The notes beneath the pieces are model-generated. The model saw nothing but the letters and a program-made list of their open reading frames with translations. It made no database searches and was not told the DNA's origin. DNA of 64,000 nucleotides. Source: Candidatus Altimarinota bacterium. Lineage in GTDB: Bacteria; Patescibacteriota; Gracilibacteria; BD1-5; UBA2023. Shown here piece after piece: positions 10,700 to 20,975 of this stretch; within the stretch, counting starts at the first letter, position 1; every line of letters starts with the position of its first letter. Position numbers and translations under genes: made by a program. Where the stretch lies: NCBI GenBank assembly GCA_043769645.1, contig JAYVJC010000042.1:990-64989 (forward strand). Direction: 5' to 3'.

Positions 10700-11125
10700 A
10701 TGAATCAACAAAGACTTAACCAACCACACATACAATCCAAAATCAGGAAATCTGGAGGGATGGGGACAATAAAAGAAGCAACAACAAGAACACGAGTTAA
10801 TGATATGTTAGAAGCAAAAGGTTGAACTATCGAGTTACAACTTCAGGACATGATAGAAAGGCCATCGTTATATGCCCATTTGGATGATTCCCGTCATACA
10901 CTCTTATGACTAGCATTGTTAGAAGCTGATAGAAAATGAATAGTTTGACCAAAAAATAGTCACAGACCGAAATTAGATAAACTTAGAGAACTAGAAAGAG
11001 CTGCTGGAGTAGCTATCGGAAGAATGAAAATTGAAATTGCAAATACACTTCCGGTATGAATAGAGAGAATTAGATTTATGACGATTTGAAAGGTGAAAGT
11101 TACATTGTGAGGAGAGCTTATTTAG
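10700..11125 (+). CDS. Hypothetical protein (141 aa after recoding)
   Basis: ATG 10700 to TAG 11123-11125, open only if 7 TGA are read as sense. The translation looks protein-like (..LELQLQDMIERPSLYAHLDDSRHTLLGLALLEADRKG..). No family recognised. Confidence 0.4.
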
Positions 11126-11187
11126 TGCGAAATACAAAAAATCTCTCAGAAATTGTATACTAACTTATAATTCTTAACTTTGCATCT

Positions 11188-11748
11188 ATGCTAAATAATT
11201 ATGTAGCTCCAGGGGTACCTTCTGCGAAATTTCTTCTTCCTACAGGAAAATCACTATCTATTAGTGTAATTGAATCAAACAGGGATCTAGTATCTTGAAT
11301 AACAAGTTCGATTGATTGATTTAAACATACGGATATTCATTGGCTAGCAAGAGAAGTAGATTACCATATGCTATGGAATTGGCGAGATGAAGAAAACTGA
11401 AAATGAGAAAAAGAAGATCTAGAAGCAAAGATGGATACCATACTCGAGTGAAGTGAGAGTGTTGGCTTTTTACAAAATATACAACTTCTTATCAATTTCA
11501 TGAGGCAACTACTGACAAAGTATGGAGAAAAATTTTATGAAAAAATGCTTAGTTTCGATGCTGGAGAAAAAGAAGATGATTGTGGAAACAATAAAATGTT
11601 TCAAAGTGATAGACTATGAGAATGTGTTCTTTTATGAATCAGGCTTGGAATCGATAGTACTATCATTGATCGTTGGAAATGAAAACTCAGAGAAGAAAAC
11701 TCAGAATATATATCAGAAAATACCTTTCCTGAAGATAGAAAGTACTAA
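11188..11748 (+). CDS. Hypothetical protein (186 aa after recoding)
   Basis: ATG 11188 to TAA 11746-11748 with about 8 in-frame TGA. It competes with track ORF 11522..11827 in another frame, which overlaps a tRNA gene. No family recognised. Confidence 0.35.
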
Positions 11749-11805
11749 TTGGAGCACTTCAACAAAATCTCCCACATTTCGTGAGAGATTTTTTGAATTT
11801 TTTGC

Positions 11806-11880
11806 TGGTAGCGATACGGAGAATTGAACTCCGGTTCCGGGAATGAGAATCCCGTGTCCTAGCCACTAGACGATATCGCC
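11806..11880 (-). tRNA. tRNA-Glu (anticodon CUC)
   Basis: The reverse complement folds as a cloverleaf. Acceptor GGCGATA/TATCGCT, D-arm GTCT..GGAC, anticodon stem CGGGA/TCCCG with loop TTCTCAT, T-arm CGGAG-TTCAATT-CTCCG, discriminator A and an encoded CCA. Confidence 0.85.
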
Positions 11881-11960
11881 AAAGAAAGTATCAAGTTTTC
11901 AAGTAAAAAGTCTTCAAGTAAAAACTTGAGAACTTTATCACCTTCTACTTGATAACTCTA

Positions 11961-12395
11961 TTATTTCTTCAAATCCGTCGTAATCCCCATCGATCGAGCA
12001 GAACCCGCGACGATAGTGATTGCGGCGTCGATATCATTGGCATTGAGATCGGGCATTTTCCCCTCAGCGATGACTCGCATCTGATCCATCGTGAGGTGTC
12101 CGACCTTGACTTTGTGAGACTCCTTCGATCCGGAAGCGAGCTTGAGTGCATCCTTGATCCACCACGTCATCGGAGGTTGCTTCGTATAGAAGTCGAAGGT
12201 TCGGTCTTCGTAGATATTGATAACCGTCGGAAGGATCTTCCCCATCTGATCTTTGGTTTTGTCGTTGAACTGCTTACAGAAGTCAGCAATTTGGATACCG
12301 GTAGGCCCGAGAGCCGTACCGACTGGAGGTGCAGGGTTAGCCTGACCTGCCTTGAGCTGGAGTTTCACCACTCTGGTTGGTTTTTTTGGAGCCAT
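11961..12395 (-). CDS. rplK: 50S ribosomal protein L11
   Basis: Track ORF of 144 aa with a TAA stop. MAPKKPTRVVKLQLKAGQANPAPPVGTALGPTGIQIADFCKQFN is canonical L11. Confidence 0.97.
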   Translation of the reverse strand: MAPKKPTRVVKLQLKAGQANPAPPVGTALGPTGIQIADFCKQFNDKTKDQMGKILPTVINIYEDRTFDFYTKQPPMTWWIKDALKLASGSKESHKVKVGHLTMDQMRVIAEGKMPDLNANDIDAAITIVAGSARSMGITTDLKK

Positions 12396-12817
12396 AATAA
12401 TAGTTGATAGATACGATTACCGTTCGGGAAGTTCGGTAACAATACGAGGAAATATGAACAGAAGCTCGTGTATTATAAAAAAAATCGTGAAAATGCAAGT
12501 GAAAAAGTGACAGAATGGAAAAAATAAGATAAGATACGGGTATGGAAAATAATTTAGAAAAAAATAGAGAGGATTCACCTCCCGAAGTGCGACTTCCTAT
12601 AGTATCGCGTGAGCTGAGACAAAAAGCAATAATAATAGCTGAGTTTAGGACCAAGCTCCCTCGCGATTCTGTCGTAAAACCTAGAGTTGAACCTTCCTCC
12701 TTTACGGTAGAAACGAAGTGAGATATCATTATCGACTACGATATCTCCATGGTGGAAGGAGGAACAAAAGTACGAATACGATCCATGGAAAACAAGTACT
12801 TACTTTCACGTTATTGA

Positions 12818-13117
12818 CTACAAATTATACGAACTCCTGAATGAATGATTACTCTTACCACTAATATTCTTCTGCTCATAGATATCATATATAATCCTAA
12901 AAAACATGGACTCAAAGCTATATCTCTCGAGTATATAAACCCAGAAGCGCATATCATAGGAGAATCCCTCTCATGAGAAAAATTCAGACTGAGTGTTTTT
13001 GATGATATAGGGGATATCGAGGAAAGAAATCTTCTTATCAAAGCTATTATAGGTAGTATTCAAAGTTGACCTATCCCCATACCATGAGGAAAAAATTCTT
13101 AGCAATTTCTTCGTCAT
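12818..13117 (-). CDS. Hypothetical protein (99 aa after recoding)
   Basis: ATG 13115-13117 to TAG 12818-12820 with one in-frame TGA. It differs in frame from track ORF 12811..13041. No family recognised. Confidence 0.3.
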
Positions 13118-13184
13118 AAAATTTGCATTTCTCGCACTATTGGATTATGATAGAATAAAGTATGGATTTTATCTTGTGTACTCT

Positions 13185-13898
13185 ATGTCAGAAACTAGTT
13201 CCCTCCCACATACAGAATTGATCGAAGCTATAAGAAAAGCCGTCAGTCCTACAGATAAACTCCTGGTAGGACTTCCTCCGGTGCTCGATTTTGTAGGAAT
13301 TGAATATGAAAAAGATCCTCTGAATCCGGTACACCTCCAAAGTATGATTTCTGGTATTCGTAAAAAACTCGACACCGGAAGACGATCTATCCCTCATAAT
13401 CCGCAGTTCGCAGATGCTATGCGTGAACTCTACCTCGAACTCTCTGGCGTAACCAACAAAGTTCGAAAACTCGCTCCGAAACTGGTCAACTACAATCCAT
13501 ATGCCTACCTTCGTGACCTCGCGGATTACCTCCAAAATCCAGAATATACTGGACTGGACGTGGCCATCATCCAATTCACTCAGACTAATCTCGTAAAGGG
13601 ATGGTTCAGCGGATATTCTCGAGTTTGGAATGTCCTCGAACAAGAAGCTATCGATGCTCTGAAGGAATATGTAGGGATCAGTAAAAACACTGCTATAGAA
13701 GCGGAAGCCCTTTGTGAAAAAATACTCGAATCGATCAATCGGGGATCCAAAACATGGGAATACCTCTCGAGGATCCTTTCAGCATGCGGGGGTGAAGACT
13801 CTGTCTACCATCGATGTCACGAGCAGATCGAATCAGATGGAAGATCTCGCCCACATCGATCGGATCGTAAATTTTTCTCCGATACACTGAACAAATAA
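13185..13898 (+). CDS. Hypothetical protein (237 aa)
   Basis: Track ORF 13140..13898 starts at TTG; the first ATG at 13185 is preferred. TAA stop, followed by a hairpin terminator. Confidence 0.6.
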   Translation: MSETSSLPHTELIEAIRKAVSPTDKLLVGLPPVLDFVGIEYEKDPLNPVHLQSMISGIRKKLDTGRRSIPHNPQFADAMRELYLELSGVTNKVRKLAPKLVNYNPYAYLRDLADYLQNPEYTGLDVAIIQFTQTNLVKGWFSGYSRVWNVLEQEAIDALKEYVGISKNTAIEAEALCEKILESINRGSKTWEYLSRILSACGGEDSVYHRCHEQIESDGRSRPHRSDRKFFSDTLNK

Positions 13899-13915
13899 AC
13901 TATAATCAAATAAAG

Positions 13916-13942
13916 AATCCTGAACTGAGTTCAGGATTTTTT
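13916..13942. terminator. Bidirectional intrinsic terminator
   Basis: 9-bp stem AATCCTGAA / TTCAGGATT with a 5-nt loop and a T-run. It lies between convergent genes. Confidence 0.7.
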
Positions 13943-13980
13943 ATAAATCCATACAAGATAATAGTAAAGAAGGAATTATT

Positions 13981-15375
13981 TTATCGACGGTAGTATTCAA
14001 AATACGCTGATTCGATATCAGTCGAGGTAAGATTGAGCTTATCATTCGGAGTGGCATTTTTGACCGGTACTCTGTAAAACGTCTGGGACTTCTGATCTTG
14101 CCAGTCACAGCTTGTTTCACTACACTCGCTGTTCTCATATCAAGACTTCAGATTGCAGACCTTCGTATCTATATTTTCCTCATAAATGGTTTCTAGAGTG
14201 GCAAAGTTGATATAGGTAAAGAGTTTCTTCCCCCCTCCTCCACAAGAAGTTCCCTCTCCAAAGCGATTATAGAAGATAGCCCCATATGGAGTAATCTTAT
14301 AGAGACCTCCGATGTCTTTTCCGATGGGTAATTTCTCGTTTCGATTGATCCCAGCGATATAGTTCGTATAGAGGATTTTTCCATCTTTTGTGATGAAATT
14401 AATACAGACAGAATCTCAGAAATCCAGACAAGAGGGTTCGATAAAATTATTTGTCTGAATCCCTGATCTTCTCGGATCGGTCGTATAGACAGTATAGGCT
14501 CCGGTTGAGTCTTGTCTCACGATCGAATAGTCATATCCATCAAGGTACTCATCCATGGTAAAATCAACCTTGAAATATTCGCAACCACTTGCGGTACAAG
14601 TTTCCTTGAGGCGGATCCCATTCTCATCTGCGAGATATACCGTACCCGTATTTGATACTAAAGCTCCTGTACTCGAGACTATAGAGTTGAGAGGATCATC
14701 TCATGCTTCAAGAACTCGAGGGATTTCTTTGAGTGTTTTAGCGTCAATTCACTTGATATATCGGAGTTCTCAGGACTCGGGATACTCAGCAATATAGACG
14801 CCTGAACCGTCAGAAAGGCCTATGGCTTCACATCGTTTATTGACTGGAAGTTTTCGAGTAGTATACTCTTTCCCATACACGTAGAATTTCTTATCAAGTT
14901 CGATCCCTCCGACACAGGGATATCGCTTGATTTTTCTGGGTTCATATTTCCCGAGAGGCTCTTCCTTTGAGACGAAATAGAGTTTCTTTCCTATTGTATA
15001 ATACCCTTTGGCAGTATCAACGACTCGAAAATCATCTCGCCATTTTCCCACCTCCCGAGGAGCGTCATCTGCGGTATGAAGCACGAGAATATCATCGACA
15101 ACATAGAGCTTCGTCCGAAGTGATCCAGTGCCGAGAATCAGTGGCTCATAAATAGGTGGTTTTACTACAACAGTATCTTCCGAAGGAAAGACTCCACCAC
15201 TATCGCTGAAACCAGGGATCACCGTATCCTCATCATGGATAGCTGGATTTCCGGTTACCATCGAAGTACTTGGTGGGTAAGGAGTACTCGGGTTCATAGG
15301 AGTTACTCCAGGAGTACTACTACAAGCGGAAAGAAATAAAAGAAGTGAAACTATCACACCCAGAGAGTAGCGCAT
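13981..15375 (-). CDS. Putative lipoprotein (464 aa after recoding)
   Basis: Track ORF 14770..15375 has a lipobox (LLFLSAC). It continues through TGA 14770-14772 and about 4 more TGA to TAA 13981-13983. I translated the C-terminal part by hand without finding TAA/TAG. Confidence 0.7.
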
Positions 15376-15385
15376 AAAAAAAGGG

Positions 15386-16450
15386 TTATAAAACTCTTAC
15401 CGTGATTATATGTTTATTTTTTGAAAGGTGAAGTTTTGCTATAGTTTTTGTCGTCCCTCCATGTGCTGTCAAGATAAATTTGAGCATCTCTTCTATGTTT
15501 CATTCCGAAAGTCCGATAGTCCCAAGATTTGCCACTTCATAGCAGTAGCGGATGATTTCTTTCTGAAAAAATGGAGATTTTTTCTCGAAATCCTCGACTC
15601 AGAAGCTGGTTTTCCCCGCAAGAAATATCCGTATTTCGTCATCAATCCAGTACTTGGTCTCTTCAGTATATTCGATAAAGTTTCCGAGCGCCTGTCTATA
15701 CACAGGATTAATGGTTTCGAATTTCGGGAGGACTTCGTGGCGGAGATAGTTTCTCTGATAGTCAAGACTGATGTTGGTCGAATCCTCTCGGTAGGAGATA
15801 CTATTTTCTGTTGCGTAGATGAGTAATTCTGATTTCGAGATGTGGAGAAGGGGGCGAAGGAGAAGTGATGAGGATGGTAGATGGTGGATGGTGCGTGAAT
15901 TTTCAACAAGAGGGTCAATTGCATATTGAGTCGTCATTCCTACATCGTTAGTATGCTTAACTATTCGCTCTGCATCCTGTAACATTCAACTTGTAACTTG
16001 TAACTGACTCAAAGCATGAATCCCTCCGAGTTTCGATCACCTGATGAGATTGAACACCGCCGTCTCGATACGATCATCGAGATGGTGTGCGGTCAATATA
16101 TATTTTGCTCGATACTTCCGAGCCATGCGAAATAAGAATTCGTATCGGTACTTCCGTGCAGTCGCCTCCACACTCATTTTCTCATCCTGGGCAAGGGCTC
16201 CAATATCGATTTTCTCGACTTCACTCCTCACTCATTTCTCACGACAATACTCGGCTACAAAGTCTCGATCTCCATCACTCTCAGCCCCCCGAAGTGAGTG
16301 ATCAAAATGGGCGACGATAATATTTTGCTTCTGATGATGTCTCAGCAAGAGATCAAGGAGTACCATACTATCGACTCCCCCACTCACCCCGAGGATAAGG
16401 ATATCTTCTCTTTCTATATATCGGTGGTATGTTTCGAGGAATTGCTGCAT
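15386..16450 (-). CDS. tilS: tRNA(Ile)-lysidine synthase
   Basis: Track ORFs 16232..16570, 16037..16231 and 15599..15985 share one frame and are separated only by TGA. PP-loop ILGVSGGVDS lies 20 aa after the internal Met chosen as start (16450). Stop is TAA 15386-15388. Confidence 0.85.
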
Positions 16451-16516
16451 AAAAAGTATTTTATAGAGAAATGTGGAAATACCAAAAAATGATATTTTCT
16501 GGAAATATTCAGATAT

Positions 16517-16545
16517 TTGCAAAAGAAAAAAAGGAATGGTAGAAT
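16517..16545 (+). promoter_or_regulatory. Candidate promoter (TTGCAA-N17-TAGAAT)
   Basis: The -35 and -10 hexamers have 17-nt spacing, 30 nt upstream of ATG 16575. Confidence 0.35.
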
Positions 16546-16574
16546 AAAGGTAATTACTTTCTAAAAACATAAAT

Positions 16575-17684
16575 ATGTCTCAAGAAAAATTAGACGTTTA
16601 TCAGTCTACCAATTATGCTGCTTTGACTGGAAAACTCACATGAAAACAAGTGCTTGAGCTTGCAAATGCTCGGATCAAAAGTAGAATTGACCTACAAAAA
16701 AAAGAGGAACCAGCTAGTGTAGAAGATAGAAAAGCAGCTGAAACATCTCTTTTAGAACTTTCTTTCATACCCACTCCAACTATAATAACAAAATTAGATA
16801 CAGGAAGTTCTCTCGCTACCAAATGAGTTCCAACTGATGCCCTTGCAACAGCAGATACTTTAACTCTCCCTAAAGTGCCAGAGTTATGAGATCTTGCTAG
16901 GGCATTACCACCAATTGCTCCAAAAGTAATTCAGGCCTCGGGAAATGAGGTAGGAGAAGTCAATGTTGATACCCTTATCAATCAAATTCGCGCGGAAAAA
17001 GATATCAATAGAAAAATAGCTCTCGTCCTACCAATGATATGAAAACATCTCTGACTTTCTCTTCCGACTGAACTATCAAAACCGGATAGTCAAAAGTTGG
17101 TACGGAGTTGAGAGTGACAGGTTCGAGTAGTCAACATACGAGGAATATCAAGCATCCTTGGAGATATCGACACGGCGAATCTCGCTCACAAATCGTGAGG
17201 GAAAGAGATTCCAGCCTCACCAGAGCTTTGAAAAATCATAGGTTTACTCTTAGAGGATATTACACCGAAGTACGAACCATGAAAAAAACCTCTCGTCACC
17301 TTTAATAACTATTATCAACTTGAAGATCTCTCCAGAATACTCAATTGAGGACTATGATTTGGAGTGGATCTTCCAGTCAATGATATAATAAGCACTTTTG
17401 CAAGAGCAAATATAAAAGATAGGTTCTTGCTTGGTATCAAAGAATTTACATCAGCTCAAAAAGATGAGGTCAAAGCACTTTTGAAAACATATACTTGATG
17501 AGTTGATTCTCCAGAATGAGTATATAACACTATTATTGCCCGTATGAAGGTATGATGAAATATGCAATCGATTATTGCTAAACTTATGATAGCTATGTGA
17601 TGAGAATACGAGATAAAGTGAAAAGAGCTTCAACAACGAATCAATAGATGAGATTTACAAGGATACACATCAAGGGTTTCCTAG
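16575..17684 (+). CDS. Hypothetical protein (369 aa after recoding, 21 TGA codons)
   Basis: ATG 16575 to TAG 17682-17684. It is open only with TGA read as sense. I translated the whole ORF by hand. No family recognised. Confidence 0.55.
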
Positions 17685-17733
17685 AAGTGTGTGTACGACT
17701 GGAGAGTATTCTCGAAACCATCAGAATTTTAAA

Positions 17734-18042
17734 CTATTTGGAAAGTTTTTCCAGGTTCAACCTCCTCACGAATCCGAGAAAATCATCATCCGGAGCGACC
17801 ATATTCACCATTTCTTTTTCACATTTCTGACACTTTTGGCGGATCATATCTCCCTTATTTTTCCGATAATCGATCCCGATCGGCTTCATGAGTCCATGAC
17901 AATCGGAAAGTCTATCCCCTGGTTTTTCCTCATCGACATGAAGCGAGGTAAGGCAGTAAGGGCAATGGTTTCGAGCAGATCCCGTTGGATGTTTTGCTAC
18001 TTCTTTTTTGCAGTAAAGACAAATAAAGGACTCATTTCGCAT
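17734..18042 (-). CDS. RNHCP domain-containing protein
   Basis: Track ORF of 102 aa with a TAG stop. It contains the literal RNHCPYC motif plus further Cys pairs (CLYC, CQKC). Confidence 0.8.
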   Translation of the reverse strand: MRNESFICLYCKKEVAKHPTGSARNHCPYCLTSLHVDEEKPGDRLSDCHGLMKPIGIDYRKNKGDMIRQKCQKCEKEMVNMVAPDDDFLGFVRRLNLEKLSK

Positions 18043-18133
18043 GATAAATCACATAGGTTGAAAGTTGAAAGTTGAAGAATACTAAGAAAGTATAAAACGA
18101 TAGCAAGTTATTTTTTGACGAAATTGAATAGTT

Positions 18134-18163
18134 GTCATCCCGAGGCATTCGAGGGATCCCTTT
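18134..18163. repeat. Dispersed repeat GTCATCCCGAGGCAYTCGAGGGATCCCTTT
   Basis: A 30-nt copy here and at 38345-38374 (1 mismatch). Both are intergenic. Confidence 0.8.
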
Positions 18164-18497
18164 AGCTGAAATACAAAGATTGTATCATAGAATAGCGATT
18201 CCTCCGCTCCGGTCGGAATGACATATCAAAAGCGATTCCTCCCCTTCAGTCTAACGAGGACTTGAGATCGCTTCGATCAGAATGACAATACTTCTTCTCT
18301 ACCATTTCTACCCTTCTACCTTTTACTTTTCTACCATTCTTACTATTCTCCTCAACTCCGCTTAAACTATAAAACTGTTATATTCTCAAACTCTGTTCCT
18401 TTTCTCCCTTTCCATCGTCTCTCCCGTTCCATCTTTTCTACCTTCTCTACCGCTTCTCCTATTTGCAAAAAAAGAATATTTCTGCTATACTCATACT

Positions 18498-19886
18498 ATG
18501 CCAGAAATGAAAGTACCAACATCAGTGAATGATCCTCTTGCTACTATGGGTGCTGAAGAAGAAAAGGAAATCATCCTCTGAACTATAAAGGATGAAGAAG
18601 ACCTCCACAGTGTTATCCTTTCGACGAAAAGTAAAACTGAGCATATTTCTCATGAGGAAGATTTTATCAAGCTCGCTGCTGCCATCCATGAGTGTTTACA
18701 ACGACAAGATAGTGAAGGAGCCCTTGCCCTCATGACGCGTGGAGCCCTCGCGATCGGTTCCTCAGATATCCACTACGATACTGGTGAGAAAAATATCGAC
18801 GTCCGGCTTCGTATCGATGGAGAGCTCTCAGTGATAATGACTCTCGAACCTCGCGAGTACAAGCTCATGCTCGAACGACTCAAGTACAAGTCGGATCTCA
18901 AGCTCAATATCACGGATATCCCTCAGGATGGAAAGTATCGAATCAGCGGAGAAAAAGGAAATATCGATGTACGTATCTCGACCCTCCCCGTGAAATACGG
19001 TGAAAATGCGGTCTGCCGAATACTTGACTCGACGAAGTCTATCCCGGGTCTTATCGAGCTCGGATTTATCTGGACGTCGAAGCGTCAGCTTGACCAGAGT
19101 GTGAAGAAAAAAAATGGAACCATCCTCGTCACGTGACCAACCGGAAGTGGTAAGACGACGACCCTTTATTCCCTCCTCCAGACGCTCAATACCCGTGAGA
19201 AAAAAATCATCACCCTCGAAGATCCGGTCGAATATGAAATCCCCGGCATCGTCCAGAGTGAGGTCAATGAGCTCAAAAACTATACCTACGCGACCGGACT
19301 CAAGGCCCTCCTGCGTCAGGATCCAGATATCATCATGATCGGGGAAATCCGAGATCTCGAGTCTGGGACGATCGCGATGCAGGCGGCGATGACCGGTCAC
19401 CTCGTCCTCTCGACCCTCCATACGAAGAGCTCGAGTGAGACGATCGAACGACTCATGAATATGGGGATTCCGAACTATATCCTCGCCTCGGGTATCGATA
19501 TCATCATCGCCCAGCGCCTCGTCAGGAAGCTCTGCCCTCACTGTATGACAGAGTATGAAGCAGACTCGGGAGAAATGGATATCATCAAATATATGCTCAA
19601 GGATATCGGTCTCGCGGGCTTCGTGACTCGCAAGGAACGCCACAAACTCTTCCGAGCCAATGGGTGTCTCGAGTGTGGGATGACCGGCTACAAAGGCCGT
19701 ATCGGTATCTACGAAGTGCTCTCCTTTTCCGAAGATATCCGCAGGATGGTACGAGACGGTGCCAGTCCAAATGACATCCTCGAAGCCTCTCGCAAGAACG
19801 GCCTCATCCTCATGCGAGAAGATGGGATTATGAAGGCAATGCGTGGGAAAACGACACTGGAGGAGTTATTTAAGGTGATAGAGTAA
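18498..19886 (+). CDS. Type II secretion / type IV pilus assembly ATPase (GspE/PilB family, short form)
   Basis: ATG 18498. Track ORFs 18732..19136 and 19335..19886 share the frame. Walker A reads VT-G(TGA 19134-19136)-PTGSGKTTT. Also present: the Asp box, Walker B IIMIGEIRD, the His box and a tetracysteine CPHC...CLEC. Confidence 0.9.
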
Positions 19887-19891
19887 TATAT

Positions 19892-20797
19892 ATGTCTGAT
19901 ATAATCTCACCCATAGATACTGGAATTGAAGGAGTTGATAATGTGCGGGAGGTAGTTCCTTTCCCCTGGTTTTTCAGGCAAAATATCAGCAACATAAAAT
20001 GACGTGTAGATGATCCTTTGGGGATAGGTCTCGAAATACAAAAGAAGAAGCTAAAACATATATTAAAAGATGGTTTTAATATAGATGTAGCTTCTTTGTC
20101 TGATCAGGAAGTTCAGGATATAAGTATACTATTTCACTTTTTACTACAGAGAGTAGTCCATGCTCAGATTCAGTTTTGAGGTCTACAGAATGAAAAGAAG
20201 CAACAAAAAATACCAAGAATTGGAAGATCGAGTATCGTTTGGCATGATATGGCTCATTGTGCCGCTCGATACATACTCGACCCGGAAAATAGTATGAAAG
20301 ACCCTTCTCGATTTACTCCTACTCCTCTAAAGTATAGATACAACTGATACGCAGAACACTATGATGCTCTTGTGGAAGAACTCTATGCAACACTGTGGAT
20401 GGGATCTGGCGTATGAAGATGAAAGAATTTATATATATTTGAGATGTTACGCGAACATCCTGAAATAACATGAGAGTCAATTTATAAGATATATATTGAA
20501 AAGTGTTTATGAGGAATTCGTGAATTTAAGGTAGGTATGAATCTTCTAGAGAATCTTGTTGATGCTTTTAGTCTCGGATATATAGAGCTCCCTTTTCGTA
20601 CAAATAGAAAAAATATAGTCAATCATCTCAGGGAAAGAATTCGTAATGATCATTTCGAGAAATTACAAATACTTCTTGCGGATATATATAAAGATCGTGA
20701 TAATCCTCGTGTTTTATTTGATCTTTTTTATAGAGAAATGAAACCTTTAATCGAGCAACTCAAGAGAAGAAAAGTGTACAGATGTTTGGAAAGATAA
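19892..20797 (+). CDS. Hypothetical protein (301 aa after recoding)
   Basis: ATG 19892, 5 nt after the pilB-like stop. Track ORF 20537..20797 forms its C-terminus in the same frame. There are about 8 in-frame TGA. Confidence 0.5.
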
Positions 20798-20890
20798 TGC
20801 TAAAAGTATAGGCTTTATATCAAGGTAATAAGTAAGAATAAAAACTTTCTAGATTTGACAAGAAGAAGAAGAAGTAGTAAAATAATTTTG

Positions 20891-20920
20891 TCAGCCCATC
20901 ATGGCTGAGGGTTATTTTTT
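20891..20920 (+). terminator. Candidate intrinsic terminator
   Basis: TCAGCC-loop-GGCTGA stem followed by GGGTTATTTTTT. Confidence 0.45.
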
Positions 20921-20975
20921 CATAAACAATTCCTCGACCAGATAGACTGTGTTGGGGGGATCTGGAGATCGCATC

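Noticed and set aside
11522-11827. 101-aa track ORF as the real gene in this interval.
   Set aside because: Its 3' end overlaps the tRNA-Glu gene, and its frame conflicts with the longer recoded ORF 11188..11748. It is kept only as an alternative.
12640-12720. RNase P RNA, because GGAGGAAGGTTCAACTCTAGG and ACGACAGAATCG resemble the P4 strands GAGGAAAGUCC and ACAGAA.
   Set aside because: The two strands are only about 25 nt apart. The region lacks the specificity domain and other universally conserved RNase P elements, so the resemblance is probably fortuitous.
16451-16570. N-terminal 40-aa extension of tilS. The 98-aa extension of ORF 50901..51458 is a similar case.
   Set aside because: The extensions are hydrophobic or low-complexity translations of AT-rich promoter or repeat DNA. 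The internal Met restores the normal distance to the PP-loop in tilS. In the second case it removes translated 37-mer repeat sequence.
18828-19643. 271-aa track ORF on the minus strand.
   Set aside because: It is antisense to the well-supported PilB/GspE ATPase gene. Its composition is the Arg/Asp/Glu/Leu-rich mirror typical of shadow ORFs in a GC-richer gene.
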